Assembly: GCF_006345805.1 (NCBI RefSeq)
Contig: NW_021826234.1
Location: 1-36,043 of the forward strand
From: Octopus sinensis
Taxonomy: Eukaryota
Direction of reading: 5' to 3'
DNA length: 36,043 nucleotides
Part shown: one piece after another, positions 11,401-24,020 of the stretch
How positions within the stretch are numbered: position 1 is the stretch's first letter
Layout of the letters: every line of letters begins with the position of its first letter
The notes under the pieces: generated by a model
Seen by the model: only the letters and a program-made list of their open reading frames with translations
Databases searched by the model: none
Told to the model about the DNA's origin: nothing
Position numbers and translations under genes: made by a program

Positions 11401-13995
11401 TTTACCATTTAATAAATTAAACGATAATAATATAATTTAAATTTCTTAAATCCATGTATAAGAATCATGATAGTTTGAACAAAAATTTAATATTATTTCT
11501 AGGCACATGACTGTGAAAAGTCGCATTAAGTGGGGAAATAGTGATTGTTGCCAAAGCAAAATTCGGGAGGAGGCCCGTGGCATATGATTTCTGATTGGTG
11601 AGAATTAAAATCAGAAGTTTTCTACAGAAAAATCTTGCCAATATTAAGAGCGTAGTGGGGTCAACTGTTGAGGTTTATAAATGAACTGTCATTTAGTTGT
11701 GTGCTCAGATTAAAAATATCCAATTGATTCTAAGCAATCCAAAGAAATCTACGAGGAAAGTAGCAGGAAAAAGTCAACAAAGACCTTTGCGGGCTTAACA
11801 GGAGACGGCTCAAAGAGGAGATATGAAAGTTGGCAAGTAATAGTCTGTACTCTTTCATCAAGAAAAGAAAGTACCCAGACAAATGGTCTTACATGAGGAT
11901 CAAGTTCAGAAAAAAAAAGTGTTAAACACTTCACATACATCACTTGCCAAATCTAAATCGTGAAATTTTGACAGGAATGGTTTTATGTCGAAGAAAACCC
12001 ACATGGCTACAGATTATGTTGTTTGGAAATATAATATCTAAACCTGCTTAGACATAAAACTAAGGATGCTAAAGGAAATGCAAAAAACTTTAACAAAAAC
12101 GAATCTACAAGAATCAGTTTTTTTGTGCTATGCTACTGCCCGAGAGAACCACTGCGAAAGCAAGTTAAGCAAATTCTCTTCGAATATAACCACCTAAAAC
12201 GATTTGACAATATCTCTAATACATAAATGAAGGAAAAAAGATATACTGTTAAAATTATTAACACATAGCTCACATTTTTAAAATATCAGTTGAATTTTCT
12301 GAATTCTTTAAAAGAACTAAAATAGGAAAAACAATAAAAATTGATCAAATGAATCATATAATTAGTTATTAACTCACAAAAAATTATATTTTATTCTTTT
12401 TGAAAAAAATAGCTCATTAAAAACATGAAAAAACAGTTTTTTAATGATTTTCAGGAATTCAATTTAAATTAGATGACCCAAATAAAAGAATATAATTTTG
12501 AAATTTGAGATTTTATTGTGATTTTCAGTTTTTAATAATCTACCTGAGTCTTTCAACCAGTTTGATATTTTTTTGACTTCTAATTCTAACTACATAAGAT
12601 TTTTTAAGAAAATAATTTTGGCTAAAGTTTCGTTTTTTCTTTTTAAGATTTTCAGGAATCCAATTCAAATTAGATGACCCGAATTTCCAAAATTCGAAAT
12701 TTCATAACGATTTTCAGTTTTTGATAATTTATTAGGCCCTTTCTACAAGTTCGATATTTTTTAAAACAAAAATTTTGTTTGAAGTTTCGTAGTTTTCTTT
12801 TAACTTTTTTGAGATATAAACTTTAGAGGCACTTAATAAATCTATTTCCCATTCTTAGGACCTACAAAGCTATACAATCTTTGTTATTACCTGATAAATC
12901 CATATTTTAGATTTATAATTTTAAACTGAAATAAGAGTGGGATTCCTTTTCGTATGATGTGATCGAGTCGTAAAGATTGATAAAGATATATTCAAGTCTA
13001 TTTAACTTTTGGATTGCTAATCTTTCACGAGTTGGATTTAATTGGTCTGGTTTTATTGCAAAAGAAACAACTTTCCAGCTAGAATCAAATCTCGTCAACG
13101 TTCCCTGGCCGTAGACCGATGAGTCCTTTTGGTATGATACAGTTGAAAAATGGAATCTTTTTATCCTTAATCAACTAATTTAGCGTGGATTTATCTGTTC
13201 CACCAAGTCAGTTGGATCTCGAAACGCCCAGGAGGAACCTAATACCCACATCAAAAGAACCTCTACCCATGGGAGATCCTCGTACCAGGACGATATACTT
13301 TCATAGAACCAAACCATCCCAGACAAAATTCCCAAGTCCATAAAAATGCTGCAAACCGATTAGCCGCCAGATACGGTTTTGTGTGGACTCGTAGGAAGAT
13401 TACCAAACAAGGATGAGGTCGCTTTCAAAGTGCAACATAATCACAGATTAATTAGTTCCATTATAACGTGTCTTGGTGACATAATAAATAAAATAAAAAT
13501 TCCTTTTAGCCATTTAATTAGCAAAAAGAGTTGAATTGTATTTATTAGAGGATTTACAGAGAAGATGGGAGGAAGATTCGTGGAGTCTCCCCTTTTTGAA
13601 TATAAAAGTGCAATCTACATTATTATTTTATTAAATATAAAATAATATTTCCGACATAAAAGATATTGATAAAATTCTCTGAAGTTTAGGGATTGAGCAA
13701 CCTACTTCCCATCATCGATGTCGAGTTTAATTTGTAAATCTCAATTTTTTATTTAATAAATGTGATAGGATTTTTTAATTATCAACTTATTAAAGAATTT
13801 TATTTTTTAAATAAAATCTAGAAATTAAACAGTTTAATGAATAAATCTAAAAATTACTCTCTGAAAAATATCAAAACCTTCTCATTTGAAGTGGTACAAT
13901 TGGTTCTTCTGCATTTCCAATAAAATTATATAATTCAGAAAAAGAATTTAAAAACTTTACTTTTTGAAGAAATTTAGAACTTTAATAAAAATAAA

Positions 13996-14520
13996 TTAAC
14001 AAAAAACCTTATAAATAATTTTAAACACGAATAGAAGAATCTTGTTATTATTTTTGGATAGATTATATATAAAGTAACTATTTTCTTTTTTATCCTGGTC
14101 ATAAAAAAATACAAATAACATTCTCTCTATTTTTAAATGAGCCTGTTGTAACCAATAAAACGGAGGAGGAAGATGTGCTGATGTGTTAGGGTATTGACAA
14201 TAAACAATAATCATTTTTAAAATTTTCTCTAAAGCCTTGGAAATATAAAAAAGATGAAAAACCGGGAAATAAGAAAATAGAAACATAATATTCAAAAATT
14301 GCTATCCCCATCGCATAAAAGTAATCTCCATTTGTAAAAAGAAACGATTCGTTCGAAAAATCATACACTTTTGCAACATTGGCACATATAAATTCTAAAT
14401 AATGAAACATGCACAGTTGTATGAGAAATATTCCAAATAGTATATGCTTTGACCAAAATAGTACAAAAAAGAGCCCAATGGACAAAACTAATCCCAAAAT
14501 CGTTGAGTTTTTATAGTCTA
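13996..14520 (-). pseudogene. ICMT: Isoprenylcysteine carboxyl methyltransferase-like, N-terminal half only
   Basis: LCMFHYLEF..ESFL..YFYAMGIAIFEY..LFP matches the ICMT N-terminal transmembrane region as recalled. Frameshift near 14235. The catalytic RHPxY region was not found downstream. Confidence 0.55.
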
Positions 14521-14973
14521 CAAAAATTGAATTAAAAATGAAACGTTTTTATTTCAGAATAATTATTTTGAGGTCCATTTTTTAGGATAAAATAACCGAA
14601 ATTGTGTCAAAGAAAATTAAAAATGCCAAATAAGCATTCTTGAGGTAAAAAATAAGTATAATTGAAGAGCCTAATAAAAAAGAAATCAATGAGAATATTA
14701 ATGAAGTATTGTGGAAATCGTTCTAATTTTTTATTATAAATAAAAAAACGTTAAAAATCATTTCTGGTCAGTCCACAAGAAGTGATAATCTGGTATTTAG
14801 AATTTATTTATCAAACACGATTTCATTTTAATTTGAAATAAATTTTAATAATATTATAGTATTGAATAATTTATTACCAACATAAAACTAATCAACGTAG
14901 AGCCCTATAGATTTCTACAACCAGTATATAGAATATTTAATTTATAAATTGGAATAAAAGATTTATTTATTAG

Positions 14974-15600
14974 GAATCTGTAGTTCGTTATGTGCAACTT
15001 CTTTCTGATAGTGTCGATGTTTTCTCTTTTCAAAAGAGTGTTAATGATCATCTTATCTTACGAGCAGGGGAATCCCTTATTTGGACATTTACTCTGCTAG
15101 AAAGTGTTGGATCGAATGAGCCCAAAGTAGAGGAATTACGGAATCGACTAATCGACCTCATCAACAAATCTCTGATTCCCCTCAACGCATATTCCACGTG
15201 TTATAATAAATATATCAACCTCGCCAACTCGGACATTGTGGCAATGATCGAGTTTCATTAACCGTGCTTACTAGTTCAAGGAAATACGACCAGGAACAAA
15301 AGACCGCCGTGGAAATACGGAACACTATCGAAGCCTTGATAAGTTACCGAGCACAGATTGAGAAGGAAATGCCCAACTCGATCATTATTGCGTGCTACTA
15401 CATAAATACGGAAAATCTCAGTGTGTTTAGTTTATAAGACACTGACGAGAGCTGGTGAGTCATGTGGTCGAAGAATGTGTAGGGACTCTGTCCACCACGG
15501 GACATTTCACCAACTTTATTTTCTCAATAGATCTATGTAGTTGGGAAAAGCCAGATTGCTAGATAAAGTGCGGAGTGGCCACTACGTTCCCATCGAGTTA
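14974..15600 (+). pseudogene. DNAH1: Internal fragment of an axonemal dynein heavy chain (DNAH1-like stem)
   Basis: LLESVGSNEPKVEELR..LIPLNAY..KYINLANSDI, a 23-nt intron at 15252-15274, then EMPNSIIIACYYINTENL. Degenerates with stops after about 15430. Confidence 0.75.
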
Positions 15601-16192
15601 TCTTCCTTGTTATGTGGCCTGTTGGGTAACAAAGAAAAGTACAGAAGAGGGGAAATAATCCTGTGGTAAATAAGAGTGATTAAGTTAATGCGTTTGCTCT
15701 CAGTCAATTTTCTTCCTTTTCGAGCCAGCGCTTGGCTCTGCGGTCATTCTCAGTTTGATGGGCACACTCGGCAAAGCTTACTCCGTTGTTCCGTTTATAA
15801 ACCAATCCATTAGGGATTCTTCCGGCCGGACCATTTCAAACTTATGTTTTGCACATATATTCTCCAATGTTCTCCAGATAACCACTCTAAACTATATTAA
15901 CTCGTCATTCGTTTTTGAGAATTGGTTGTTTAACACTTTTTAATTAGTCTAAACTATTAACATTTGATTCATCGCTAATTTCATTATTTGGATTTTCTCA
16001 CACTTTCTATTGCTTAGTTAAGACCTCTCACACTTTATTTTTTATGTAAATGGCTTTAAAAGGAATAATCTGAGATGTAATTTTTTTAATGCTTACATTA
16101 TCTGGAAATTCATCATGTGTATTTTTTGAGTTTATTCCTATAATCTGTTTATATATTAAAATTTTCGGTTTTGCGAATTGGTTTGTTTATCG

Positions 16193-16240
16193 CAGGGGTG
16201 GCCAACCTTTTTCACCGGCAAGCTACTTTTCATATTGCGA
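16193..16240 (+). mobile_element. Solo hAT left terminus
   Basis: CAGGGGTGGCCAACC, a typical hAT TIR. No partner TIR or TSD found. Confidence 0.55.
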
Positions 16241-16305
16241 TTTTTTGGCGATCGACTTATATATTTTATCGCTGCTTTCTTGCACTGTTTTTTGATTGAG
16301 GGAAA

Positions 16306-17690
16306 CTATAAAAAGTAATCAAATTTGGGGATCACCAACCAACATTGATTTGCTAGATAAATGGTCCCTTTATCCAAATGTTGATCAGTTCGAGATTGAT
16401 AGAAGACTCGTGATTGATCTAACATATAAATCAATTTATTTTGTTGAATACATGAATAGATAGGCTGGAAGGGAATAAAATTCATTGGATATTCATATGA
16501 ATTATACGCGTTTCTGCGTGTGGAATTTGTTGTATCTTCAGATTCACCTTTAAAATACGTTTCTATCATTGATACAGTGTGATTGTAGTTATTCGCCATG
16601 TATAGAGGCATGTATGTATCTCTTAATTACACTAATTGATTATTTTAAATTCAATAGTGTCAAACGAGAGTATTTCGACGATGTAGTTCGTGCTACAGTT
16701 ATCGATATATAAATTCCATTTAACCTCGAACATTCGTCATCCAGTCAAGTAGCCTTTGGTGATTTCAGTGAGCTAGTAATCCTGAAGTAACTGTCATGAA
16801 TACATCACGACAATATTTTTTCAGTACTCATTTCAATACTGTTGAATATTCCGTTTACTTCGATGAATCTTGTGGAGATTATTCCTTTGACTTTTGTTTA
16901 GGTCTGGTCAAAAAGAGGAATATGAGTCTAAAAATGTGATTTGATAAATATGGTTCTAAAGTCATCAAGTGTTGCCCCGACTTTTCTCTTTCTCCGGAAA
17001 AGTGGGATTTTTGTGAGCTTTATAAAACCGAAGTCGTCGGAAAAAAAAGTGTTAGCCATCATATTTGTGCTAATTTCTAATTAAAATTTAGTAACTCTGA
17101 AAATTCAGACTGATATTGTATAAGATAGACTGATATTATATTCTTTATGAAGTTCGTATGACTCCGTTCTAAACGATTTCAACTGCAAACGTAACGTTAT
17201 AGTCTAGATCTATATATTCCGTTTTGAAAAAACCAAGAATTATTATTTGTAATCCGAAATATTAAAAAATACTCATGTCCAAAACCTTAAGTAAATTTTG
17301 TTTTTTCTCCTTCATTTTCTAATGCTTGCATGCAAGGAAATGTCTATATTTTTTCAAGAATTTTATTGAGATGGAGAAAACTTTTTAGTGAAATTTTTAT
17401 ATTATTGAGATTAGTTCAATTTTTATTTCGATACAAAGTTCTGTTTATTGCTATGTTATCTCCTTGTCAATTACAATAGAATTTAACATTGTTTGTCAAC
17501 ATGATCCAAAATATTATTTGATGAGGTTTCTTGTCTGAGTTGGTAGAATTTGCAGCTGTTCGGATATTCCCACATCAAGTTGTAAAAAGTATGTTCAGTA
17601 ATAAGTTTTTTAAAATTAATATCTTCTTTGAGGCAACTACACCGTTGACCCGTCATGTCTCGACATCTTTCCGCGTCGTATTTCATTAAA
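16306..17690 (-). other. Possible exons of an unidentified host gene (including a Cys-rich segment at 17483-17686)
   Basis: ORFs of 101 and 67 aa with protein-like composition. No family recognised. Confidence 0.2.
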
Positions 17691-18309
17691 GAAGCTTATT
17701 CATTTAACAAGTCAACTGATACTCGCAGTTTATTTTCTTTAGCGATAAGAAAATTGTTTCCCTGACATTTTATCACAAAAATTATCGATTTTCATACCAA
17801 ACAGATGTTTGGGATGTCTCAATTTTAATACACGATTTATTGAATTTGGCGAATTCGCCATTTTATGTCAATACAGTGGAAGTTGTGACTGTTGCTTGAC
17901 TATAAAATCCATTTTTAATAACAATTAAGCCTATTGAATATTACTAACGACAATGTCAAATTCTGTCATAAACAAATACTAAGTATTGGATAAACATATT
18001 TCGATTGGGGTTTAAAATGTTTATTTTAAAGCCGGTGTAAAATAAAAGAAATGAAAGAGAATTGGGATTTTAACATTCTGATGGAATACCATGACAGAAA
18101 ATTGCTTCTTTTGTAATAATTATGTCACATCCCTTGGTTAGTGGGAACTACCTAGTCAGACACTTTATTCTCACTATGTCATACCTTGCCTTAAATCAAA
18201 AGTCTACGACTCAAAGGAAGATTAACAAAAATTCTTAAATAATCTTTTCTATTTGTCAATTTTAATTACAAAGTAATTTTCGTTCGATTAGTAAATTGAT
18301 TAATTGATA

Positions 18310-19868
18310 CAGTCGGACCTCGGTTTGAGCCACTTGGTGGCTCATAAACCGAGGTTGTATCATAAACCGAGGTTCGCTAATAATCCTAATTAACAGTACT
18401 TTAAGTAAAAAATAGTTCACAAGAAACAGATAGAAACAGTTCATAAGTTATACTTTTTTGAAAAATGCGTAATCTTTTCTCCAAAACGATTTTTATCCCG
18501 TAAATTAATCATTATTTTTTCCTTAGCGTGCGTAGAAATCATTTAATAATTCTGGAGAAAGTTTGCATATATTTTCCTCCATATTATTAATAAGAGTCAG
18601 TGGATCTATGATGTCTGTTGATTCAGGACCATTATAAAAATTTATTTCGCTTTCAAGCAATCTTCGACAAAGACTTCGTTCACCATTTCTGTCATGTCCG
18701 TATAAATCTTCGAATTGATATTTATTGTTTCCTCCCATCTACACTCAAAAATTTTTTTCCAACAATTTTGAATTTGATTTGAAGTTACATTGGCCCAGGC
18801 TTCAGAAATTAGTTGCATCACATTCCGTAAATTGAAACTTTTGATTGCTTCCAAAAAATTGCTTCTATTTTCACAAATGCATACGAATTCGATAAGTAAA
18901 TTACTGTAATTTGTCTTCAGTGCTTTAATTATGCCCATATCCAATGGCTGAACTAACGATGTAGTGTTTTTAGGTAAATATAAAAATTCAATGTTTGAAT
19001 AATCGGATAGTCTATGAGAACTAGCATTATCCAACAACATTAATATTTTTCGGTTTTCAGAAAGCATTCTGGTATTTAATTTAAAAACCCAGCTTTTAAA
19101 AATTTCAGTTGTCATCCACGAATTTTTAGAAGAAGAGTACATGACGTTAAAAACATCAGGATTGAATTGTTTTAAGCACCGAGGGTTTCGATATTTGCCG
19201 ATAATTAAAGGCTCCAGTTTCTCTCCAAGATAACTGCAGCATAGAAGCAGGCTAATGACCATCGCGACTGAAGCGACCATCGACCCAATTTTCTTAATGG
19301 TCGGTCCAGATAAGGGAACTTTTTCAAGTCGCAATTCGTGAAAAATTTCGAAAACTTTAAGATCGAGATTTTTAAGCTTTTCAGAATTACTAGTTTACTC
19401 GGATAAATCAGAATAAATAGTTCCATTGTCAAGAAAAGGGAAATCTTTTTTTTATACGTGAAATTGTAGCCCTGCTAACTTTGAAAATTTCCGCAATTCT
19501 GCGCTCTGAAAGCTGGTTCCGTTTAATATATTGGGCTATTTCGAGTTTTTTTTCGTGATCAATTTTCATTTTAGGCATCTAGAAAACATAGAACAGTGGA
19601 AAATACTTCAACAAAGATAACAACGTGACAAGGAAAAAATTCTTTAAAATAAACGATAAAATATATAAAATAAAAATAATTATATTACAAAATATTTAGT
19701 TTATAGCAATTTTTAGATGGCTCATAACGAGGTCTATTTTTAATTGATTTTTACAAACCCCTTAGGAAAAAGCAAGCAGTTTCAAAAAATGTGGCTCAAA
19801 AATAGAGTTTGTATCATAAACCGAGTATGGATCATACCCGAGGTCTGGCTCATAACGAGGTCCGACTG
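18310..19868 (-). mobile_element. pogo/Tigger element with defective transposase
   Basis: TIRs CAGTCGGACCTCGG/TT..TGAGCC with TA at 18308-09 and 19869-70. Palindromic subterminal repeats (GGCTCATAAACCGAG). HTH remnant from ATG 19578. DDE_1 ORF 18642-19334 (NSWMTTEIF, LLDNASSH, VQPLDMGIIK) lacks the first catalytic Asp region. Confidence 0.92.
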
Positions 19869-20019
19869 TACAACTTTATTTCAATTCTGACATGAAATTT
19901 AAATGATTAAATCTAGGAGTGGAAGAATTTAAAAAAATTTTACTTTTGCACAAATTATGACAAATAATAATTGTCTATGAATCAGAGGTTGGAATAAAAA
20001 GGGAAATTATTCGGTGATG

Positions 20020-20530
20020 AGTCAAATTCATGGTTACTCACAATTATCGACGTTTATTCTAAGTATGCCTACACAGAGAATTTGCGAAATAAAAGTGGGA
20101 AAGAAGTTGCGGAACAACTTAAATCAATCAAACGATTACGAGAAGCTTATCTAAAATGATGTCGGAATCTTCAGAAAAATGTTGGACAAAGCATATTAAA
20201 GAGGCAGTATATTTCTACAATTTAACCAAACATTCTTCTACAGGTTAAATTGTCACATTTTCAAACTTTTTAGGTGATACTCCATTTCATAGATACCGCG
20301 GTATTAAAGGATCTAACCCATTAATTATTTATGATGATGTCTTTGAAGAAGAAACTGTTTCTAAACTTGGAAAAAACATTACTGAGGAAGGTGAGACTGG
20401 AGAACAAAGAAATCCATTAATTATGCATGTTGATGTTTGTGAAGAAGAAACTGAGAGCGAAATTATTGAAGAAAGTGATACTGCAAAAGAAGGAAACCAT
20501 TATATAAAAGGTCATTTTCTCATTATTTTA
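20020..20530 (+). pseudogene. Second Ginger-like/rve integrase remnant with micro-intron
   Basis: WLLTIIDVYSKYAY..LRNKSGKEVAEQL and WTKHIKEAVYFYNLTKHSSTG|DTPF with a 30-nt intron (20244-20273). Acidic tail. Central core deleted. No TIRs found. Confidence 0.7.
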
Positions 20531-20795
20531 TAGATCGCTACTATTTGGAATTAAAGAATATTTGAAATCTTATCCTCCTAAGAACTTGAAAGAAATTTCA
20601 GATATTATTTATGCTGGTCAAATTTCTTAAGAAAATATATCCAATTCTTCTCGAGTAAACAGTAAATTTGTTGAAAGTACATCCGAAAAAATTGAAACAT
20701 TAAAAACAATATGTCTATGGTAAATAATTTTCCTGTAATCCGTTTAGTGGTGACAACCTCGCTGGCCCATATGTTACTAAAATAAATTTTGGTAA

Positions 20796-23700
20796 TTTTT
20801 TTTTTTCAATGTAATTAAATGTGATAAAGTTAGTTAGAGGACTTCCCCGCTTCGTAGATGGAGAAACAGTTACCTCGTACGATGGCAAGGGAAATCCTCT
20901 GAAGGAGCCAGCCCGTCTCGCGTGTGTCATTTCTCTTCAGAGAGATCAGACGTCCGAGCTTATAGAGGAAAGTCAAAGACTTTTCCCCAATGACCCCTGA
21001 AGTCTCGACAGCAACAGGGGCGAATAGATATCGCTCCGAGAGTTCTCTATATTTCGCAATCTTAAGCTTTTCTGTTCTAAGGGACACCGAACCGGCTGAG
21101 ACGGCTGACAAGGGAAGATTAGGTTCAGAGAAAGTATCTGAACATGTCGCGTCCCAAATCAGCGACTTGCCGAACTCAAAGGAGAAGATGGATAGACCGT
21201 CAGGTCTTTTTCCGTCTCCCCTAGCAAGCCCGGCCGGTTCTAGGATTGATGAAATTCCGGCAGCGATGAAACCCCTCAAGACGACGTCATTTAAGGCTGT
21301 GTGGCGTGGTGCCCGCCCAGCACTGCGTCTGCAGGAAAGAGAGTGTAGTCCGTGCTGGTCGATCATGGCCCCACAGCGGCACTTGTGAATTTCACAGATC
21401 TTCAAACCGAGACGCAGAGAAATAGCGACTCTGAGACAGTCGCCGTCTAGTAGTGTCCCGATGTTCGGTAGGGGAAGGGCGTCAAGCCAGGCCCCACTGC
21501 CCGGACTGCAGCCCGCACGAAGACAGGCCAGCCTGTGCTGATCGAAACTCTGAAGCAAGACAGAGGAGAGAGTGTCACAAGTGATCGAATCCCACTGACC
21601 CTGGACGGATGGGTCGGCAGGTCTTTTGGTATACGCAGAATCCCAAAGGTCCAGAGCGGCCACGTGATCAACTGACACTTTTCGTTCGGGAAGGTTTCTG
21701 AGAACGATGTCAGTGAGGGCACGGGATGATGCCAGGGACGAGAGGAAGGCAGGAAGAGCCAGATAAACGGGCGAACGAAGGCCAATCCCCCCGAGATTAA
21801 CAGGCAGGGAAGATTGAAGCCACCCCAGAGCGTCGAAATGGATGTTGCACAGATACTCGGCTCCAGACTTCAAGATAGAATCGATATCGGATAACAGATT
21901 AGGCATGCGAAAACAAGGAGAACTCCTTAGGGTGTACAAAAGCCTCGGAGTAGAGAAATAGTTACGCAGAAGAAAGAAACCCGACGTGGGCATCAATGAG
22001 GAAAAGCCGTTCGATCATGTTTGACAGATTGCTTGCCTTGGCGATGAGCGTTTGTGAGAGGGCCTCGTGACCAATTGGCGAACCAAGGATTACAAGGTCC
22101 TTTGTTTCTGATACCCGCGCGCCTTTTAGAATAGGTTCCAGGGCGTCCAGAGTTTCGGCAAAAAAATCGGAAGGAATATTCAGATTTAGGACTTCGGACT
22201 TGCTTGAGTTTATCTCCAGACCGATGGATGAAAGGGCCGGGATAATGCTCCGCAGGTCGTCTAAGACAGAGCGGGGAGGTCCACAAATCGTCGCGTCGTC
22301 CAAGTACCACATATTTACCGGAGAGCGGACAGAATGAGCGACGGAGTTGACACACATAGCAAATAGGAAACGCCCCAGGGGATCTCCCTGTTGCACTCCG
22401 GTCGATGAGACGATAAAGGAATCGCCAAACAGGAGGAGGCTGGGTTGTGAGTACGAAAGGTGGACCAGAGGATAAGCGGAGGGGGCGAGAGAAAGGCAGG
22501 TCTCGAGCAAATGATCCCGTCTCACTGTGTTAAACGCATTTGATATGTCCAGTTTAACTAAAAGATATTCCAATGAAGAATCCATAAGTTCTCTTACGGC
22601 ATAGGCAGCCGATTCACACCCTCCACTGACGCCGACGCCCAATTGGACTGGCAAAAATTTCGGGACCAACTCGGGGATCACAACGTGGCAAACGAGCTTT
22701 CCGGCCAATTTGCGGAAAACATTACCCACGGCGATCGGCCTGACCCCGTTATCTTTTTTACCCAAAGCAGTGAGATTAGCCGAGAAGAAAATCGCCCGGG
22801 CAAAATCCGGTAAATTCCCACCGATAAGACGGTTACAGAGATTGGTGATAGATTCCAAGAGGAGACGGCCTGCCTCAGCAGTAAGAGGTGAAGTCAAGTC
22901 TTTAATGTGTCCGGGCTTCAGCCCATCTATACCCCCACTGCTGCTTGGGGAAAAACTTTTCAGTGCCTTCTCAACCTGTGAAGCGGTAACCAGCAGTTGC
23001 GGAAGGGCGGTCGTATCGATAGCGGGTTCGGTGCGGGAGTTTACTGGAAGACTGGGGTGCTTGGATCTCAAATTAGCCGAAACGGAAGGAGATGGGGACA
23101 AAAGCCGGTTAGAGGAGGCAACAAGTCTGACAGCTCCACGGACATCGCCATCCAACAGCTTGCTGTTCACCTTACGACGGAGGTAAATGCAATCGGAGGA
23201 AGTTTTAATGTTAACCACAAAGGGCGACACATTTGTGAGAGTCAGAGTGGAGGGAATCGAACTGGGAGGGAAACAGAGAAGTACAATGATCGAATAGGGC
23301 GAGTTGCTGTTTAATAATCGATGCGGGATAAAGTTTTTTAGACTCGCTGTCGGGCCGGGAGGGTTGGATCCCAATACCGAAAACAGCAAAACCAAAAAGG
23401 AGTAACCAGTCAGACTGGTCATTAGATGACAAAGCGCGGTTTATAGCTGTGGACAAAGAGAGAGCAGCTTGAATCCTCGCTGCCTTCGGTATCCGTGCCG
23501 GAATTTGGCGGTTACGGCGAGAAGAATAGATGAATCTTAAAGCATCTTCGGCTGACGGAGATGGACTTTCAGCAGGGATTTCCGGCGGACTGTTGGCCGG
23601 GACCGGCCTGCAAGAACGACAAACAGGGCATTTCCAGATTATGAGAGAAGCTAAAACGCGCCTGGAAAGTCGAACACACGAAAGGTGGAAGAAACTGTTG

Positions 23701-24020
23701 CAGCCAGAACAGTATCTACCTTTCTTCCGATCGTTGCTAGTTTTGCACGAAGAGCAAATAGCCATCGTAGGAAAGAAATAGAAAAGAAAGATGGAAAGGT
23801 ATAAAAAAGAAATAGAAAAGAAAGATGAACAGAAAGAAATGAAATAAAGAAATGAAGAGATAGAAGGACAAATAAAATGAAAGAAAAGAAATGATAGATG
23901 GAGAGATAAAATGAAAGAAAAAGATAAGATAGGTTGACAAAAATACTGACTATTTGAGTTGTTTATGACCAATGAGGATTGTTAATATTCTGACCAACAA
24001 GGACCAACAACGACCACGTT
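20796..24020 (-). mobile_element. CRE-like non-LTR retrotransposon (RT + restriction-like endonuclease), near full length
   Basis: Poly(A) tail (T11 at 20796-20806), about 50% GC, pyrimidine-rich 5' leader. 5' end approximate. No TSD found. Confidence 0.85.
20830..23765 (-). pseudogene. Single ORF of the CRE-like element: PHD finger - RT - CCHC - RLE, two frameshifts
   Basis: C4HC3 PHD (CSSC..CSGC..HLSC..WKCPVC). RT motifs GVRPIAVG, KLDISNAFN, QQGDPLG, WYLDD. CRCG..H..SC, RH, KRPDG..WDAT endonuclease. Frameshifts near 23250 and 21980. Confidence 0.88.

Noticed and set aside
12140-12154. GAGAACCACTG, a hAT-like right end
   Set aside because: Only an 11-bp match, with no partner TIR or TSD.
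12451-12720. Degenerate duplication of about 200 bp (TTTCAGGAAT..TTAGATGACCC)
   Set aside because: Old AT-rich local duplication with no further structure.
353-15600. Alternative genetic code to explain in-frame TAA/TAG/TGA
   Set aside because: The LRR and chitinase 5' exons translate cleanly in the standard code once micro-introns are removed. The stops fall in introns or decayed copies.
20748-20756. GGTGACA resembling a Ginger right terminus
   Set aside because: Only 6-7 bp of similarity to any candidate left end; no TSD.
20990-23781. Antisense and alternate-frame ORFs over the CRE element (20990-21388, 21447-21785, 22710-23186, 22997-23314, 23530-23781)
   Set aside because: Shadow ORFs expected on GC-rich coding DNA; no motifs.
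23737-23972. Phe-rich N-terminal extension of the CRE ORF
   Set aside because: Translation of a pyrimidine-rich 5' leader; ATG 23765 just before the PHD is the more likely start.
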